DNA of 63,790 bases, counting the filler, from Octopus bimaculoides (lineage: Eukaryota): NCBI RefSeq assembly GCF_001194135.2. It is 4 parts of 4 records of this genome, joined end to end, with 100 filler letters (N's around TTAATTAATTAA, not from the genome) between each part and the next. Parts side by side here need not be neighbours in the genome. Positions count along the whole stretch, not along the records: positions 62,425 to 63,790 come from NC_068998.1; 3 more parts are not named here. One strand, given 5' to 3'. A program made the translations under genes and the position numbers. Of this stretch, positions 62,425 through 63,790 are shown in pieces. How positions within the stretch are numbered: position 1 is the first letter of the stretch; each line of letters starts with the position of its first letter. Under the pieces are notes generated by a model, which was not told where the DNA came from, ran no database searches, and was given only the letters and a program-made list of their open reading frames with translations.

Positions 62425-62720
62425 ACTGGCCTTGTAGGGTTTTCGAGCGAGATCGTTGCCAGTGCCCCTGGACTGGCTCTTGTGCGGGTGGCACATAAAA
62501 GACACCATTTCGAGCGTGGCCGTTTTCGTGCGGGTGACACGTAAAAGCACCCACTACACTCTCTGAGTGGTTGGCGTTAGGAAGGGCATCCAGCTGTAGA
62601 AACTCTGCCAAATTAGATTGGAGCCTGGTGTAGCCATCCGGTTGCACCAGTCCTCAGTCAAATCGTCCAACCCATGCTAGCATGGAAAGCGAACGTTAAA
62701 CGATGATGATGATGATGATA
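62425..62720 (+). mobile_element. RTE-related non-autonomous element with (GAT)n tail
   Basis: GGTTGGCGTTAGGAAGGGCATCCAGCTGTAGAAAC (RTE 5' UTR-type motif as I recall it) and AAATCGTCCAACCCATGCTAGCATGGAAAGCGAACGTTAAA(CGA/TGA)n end; 5' end lost in a gap. Confidence 0.65.
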
Positions 62721-62883
62721 TATACATATAACATACACACACATATATATATATATATACACACACACATATATATCTTTTTAATAAATATAATAAACAT
62801 ACATATATACATATATGTATATATATATATATATATACATATATAGTATACATATATATAATATACATAAATATATATGTACA

Positions 62884-63335
62884 CTAGCAAAAGTACCCGG
62901 CACTGCTCGGGGCTTAATTGGTTTAAAGTACTCTTAATGATTCTACTCAATTATGATTATTGAAGCAAAGATTGATATAAGTTTACGCCCAACCAATCGA
63001 TTTGCAACTCGATAGAAAGCCCTGCAAAGAGCATTGCAACACTCTCAGTAAGGGGTAACAATAGAATATCATAGGTCATAGGATCATTTTTGCGGTCAAA
63101 ATATCTCCTAATTACGAAAAAATCACTAAAACTACATACAAAATCATTTTCCCCTCTAAAACAATCTAATTTACTCTTTCTACTCCTATTACAAGTTGTT
63201 CAACCACTGATAGAATTCCCTACAAACTCACAGTTTGTAGGGAATAAATGTTTGACTGTCGATCATATTTGAAAAAGATTGACAGGTATTTGTATGTATG
63301 TGTGTATGTATTAGTGTGCATTCTGTGTGTGTGTA

Positions 63336-63368
<33 letters not shown>

Positions 63369-63790
63369 ATATATGGTAGTAAGTAAATGTATTTTAAAAA
63401 AGATTTTTAAAAAACTCAGTTTGTAGGGAATAAATGCTTGACTGTTGATGTGAAAGTTACTTGTACAGAGAAATTGTCTTGGAAAGTATTCGTAAAATTG
63501 AAGTGGGAAAGGTTGATAAGAAACGGCAAATAAATAAATAAATAAAAACTGACAGGTATTTGCATGTATGTGTGTATTAATGTGTATTGTCTCTCTCTCT
63601 ATATATATACATGGTAGTAAGTAAATGCATTTTAAGAAAGATTTTTTTTAAAATTCAGTTTGTAGGGAATAAATGCTTAACTGTCAATCGTATTTGGAAA
63701 AGACTGACAGGTATTTGTATGTATGTGTTTATTTGTATGTATGTGTGTGTATGTATGTATGTATGTATGTATGTATGAGTGTGTGTTGTC
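62884..63790 (-). mobile_element. non-autonomous Helitron-type element (3' end at 62884)
   Basis: Minus strand ends CCCGAGCAGTGCCGGG (hairpin) -TACTTTTG-CTAG followed by T; interior has a palindrome and tandem repeats; other end lies outside the window or is unrecognised. Confidence 0.6.
63231..63790. repeat. about 185-bp tandem repeat with internal microsatellites
   Basis: CAGTTTGTAGGGAATAAATG starts at 63231, 63417 and 63656; shared TGACAGGTATTTG and ATGGTAGTAAGTAAATG blocks; unit 2 interrupted by about 100 bp. Confidence 0.85.

Noticed and set aside
1431-62647. Long ORFs full of X, and YIYI/HTHT/CVCV/poly-N, -D, -I or -Y ORFs in the ORF track
   Set aside because: They are translations of N gaps and of di- and trinucleotide microsatellites, not genes.
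1-63790. Conserved bilaterian miRNAs, rRNA or snRNA genes
   Set aside because: I recognised none by eye; a miRBase, MirGeneDB or Rfam scan would be needed to exclude them formally.

Overview
AT-rich, repeat-saturated eukaryotic non-coding DNA from a gapped draft assembly (about 8.5 kb of N in about 20 gaps, most abutting microsatellites). The SINE families, extreme microsatellite density and TTAGGG repeats point to a cephalopod, probably Octopus; this is inferred from recalled repeat sequences, not from a search. I can support no intact host protein-coding gene: nearly all ORF-track entries are microsatellite or N-gap artefacts. The window holds three tRNA-headed SINE families (A, B, C; about 35 copies or fragments), five R4/Dong-type RLE non-LTR retrotransposon pieces (one degenerate and near full length at 33965-36810), a Tx1/L1-type fragment, several Tc1/mariner fragments and a derived MITE, two Helitron-type 3' ends, an RTE-type element and an interstitial (TTAGGG)n. 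The most interesting signal is a set of short (TA)n-anchored elements carrying minimal type I hammerhead ribozyme folds (26421-26469, plus two near-identical copies at 23957-24142 and 52088-52276), consistent with Penelope-like or retrozyme-like elements. SINE domain and tail shuffling and a SINE-free zone at about 42-50.6 kb also merit follow-up. Nothing here proves a new biological system.
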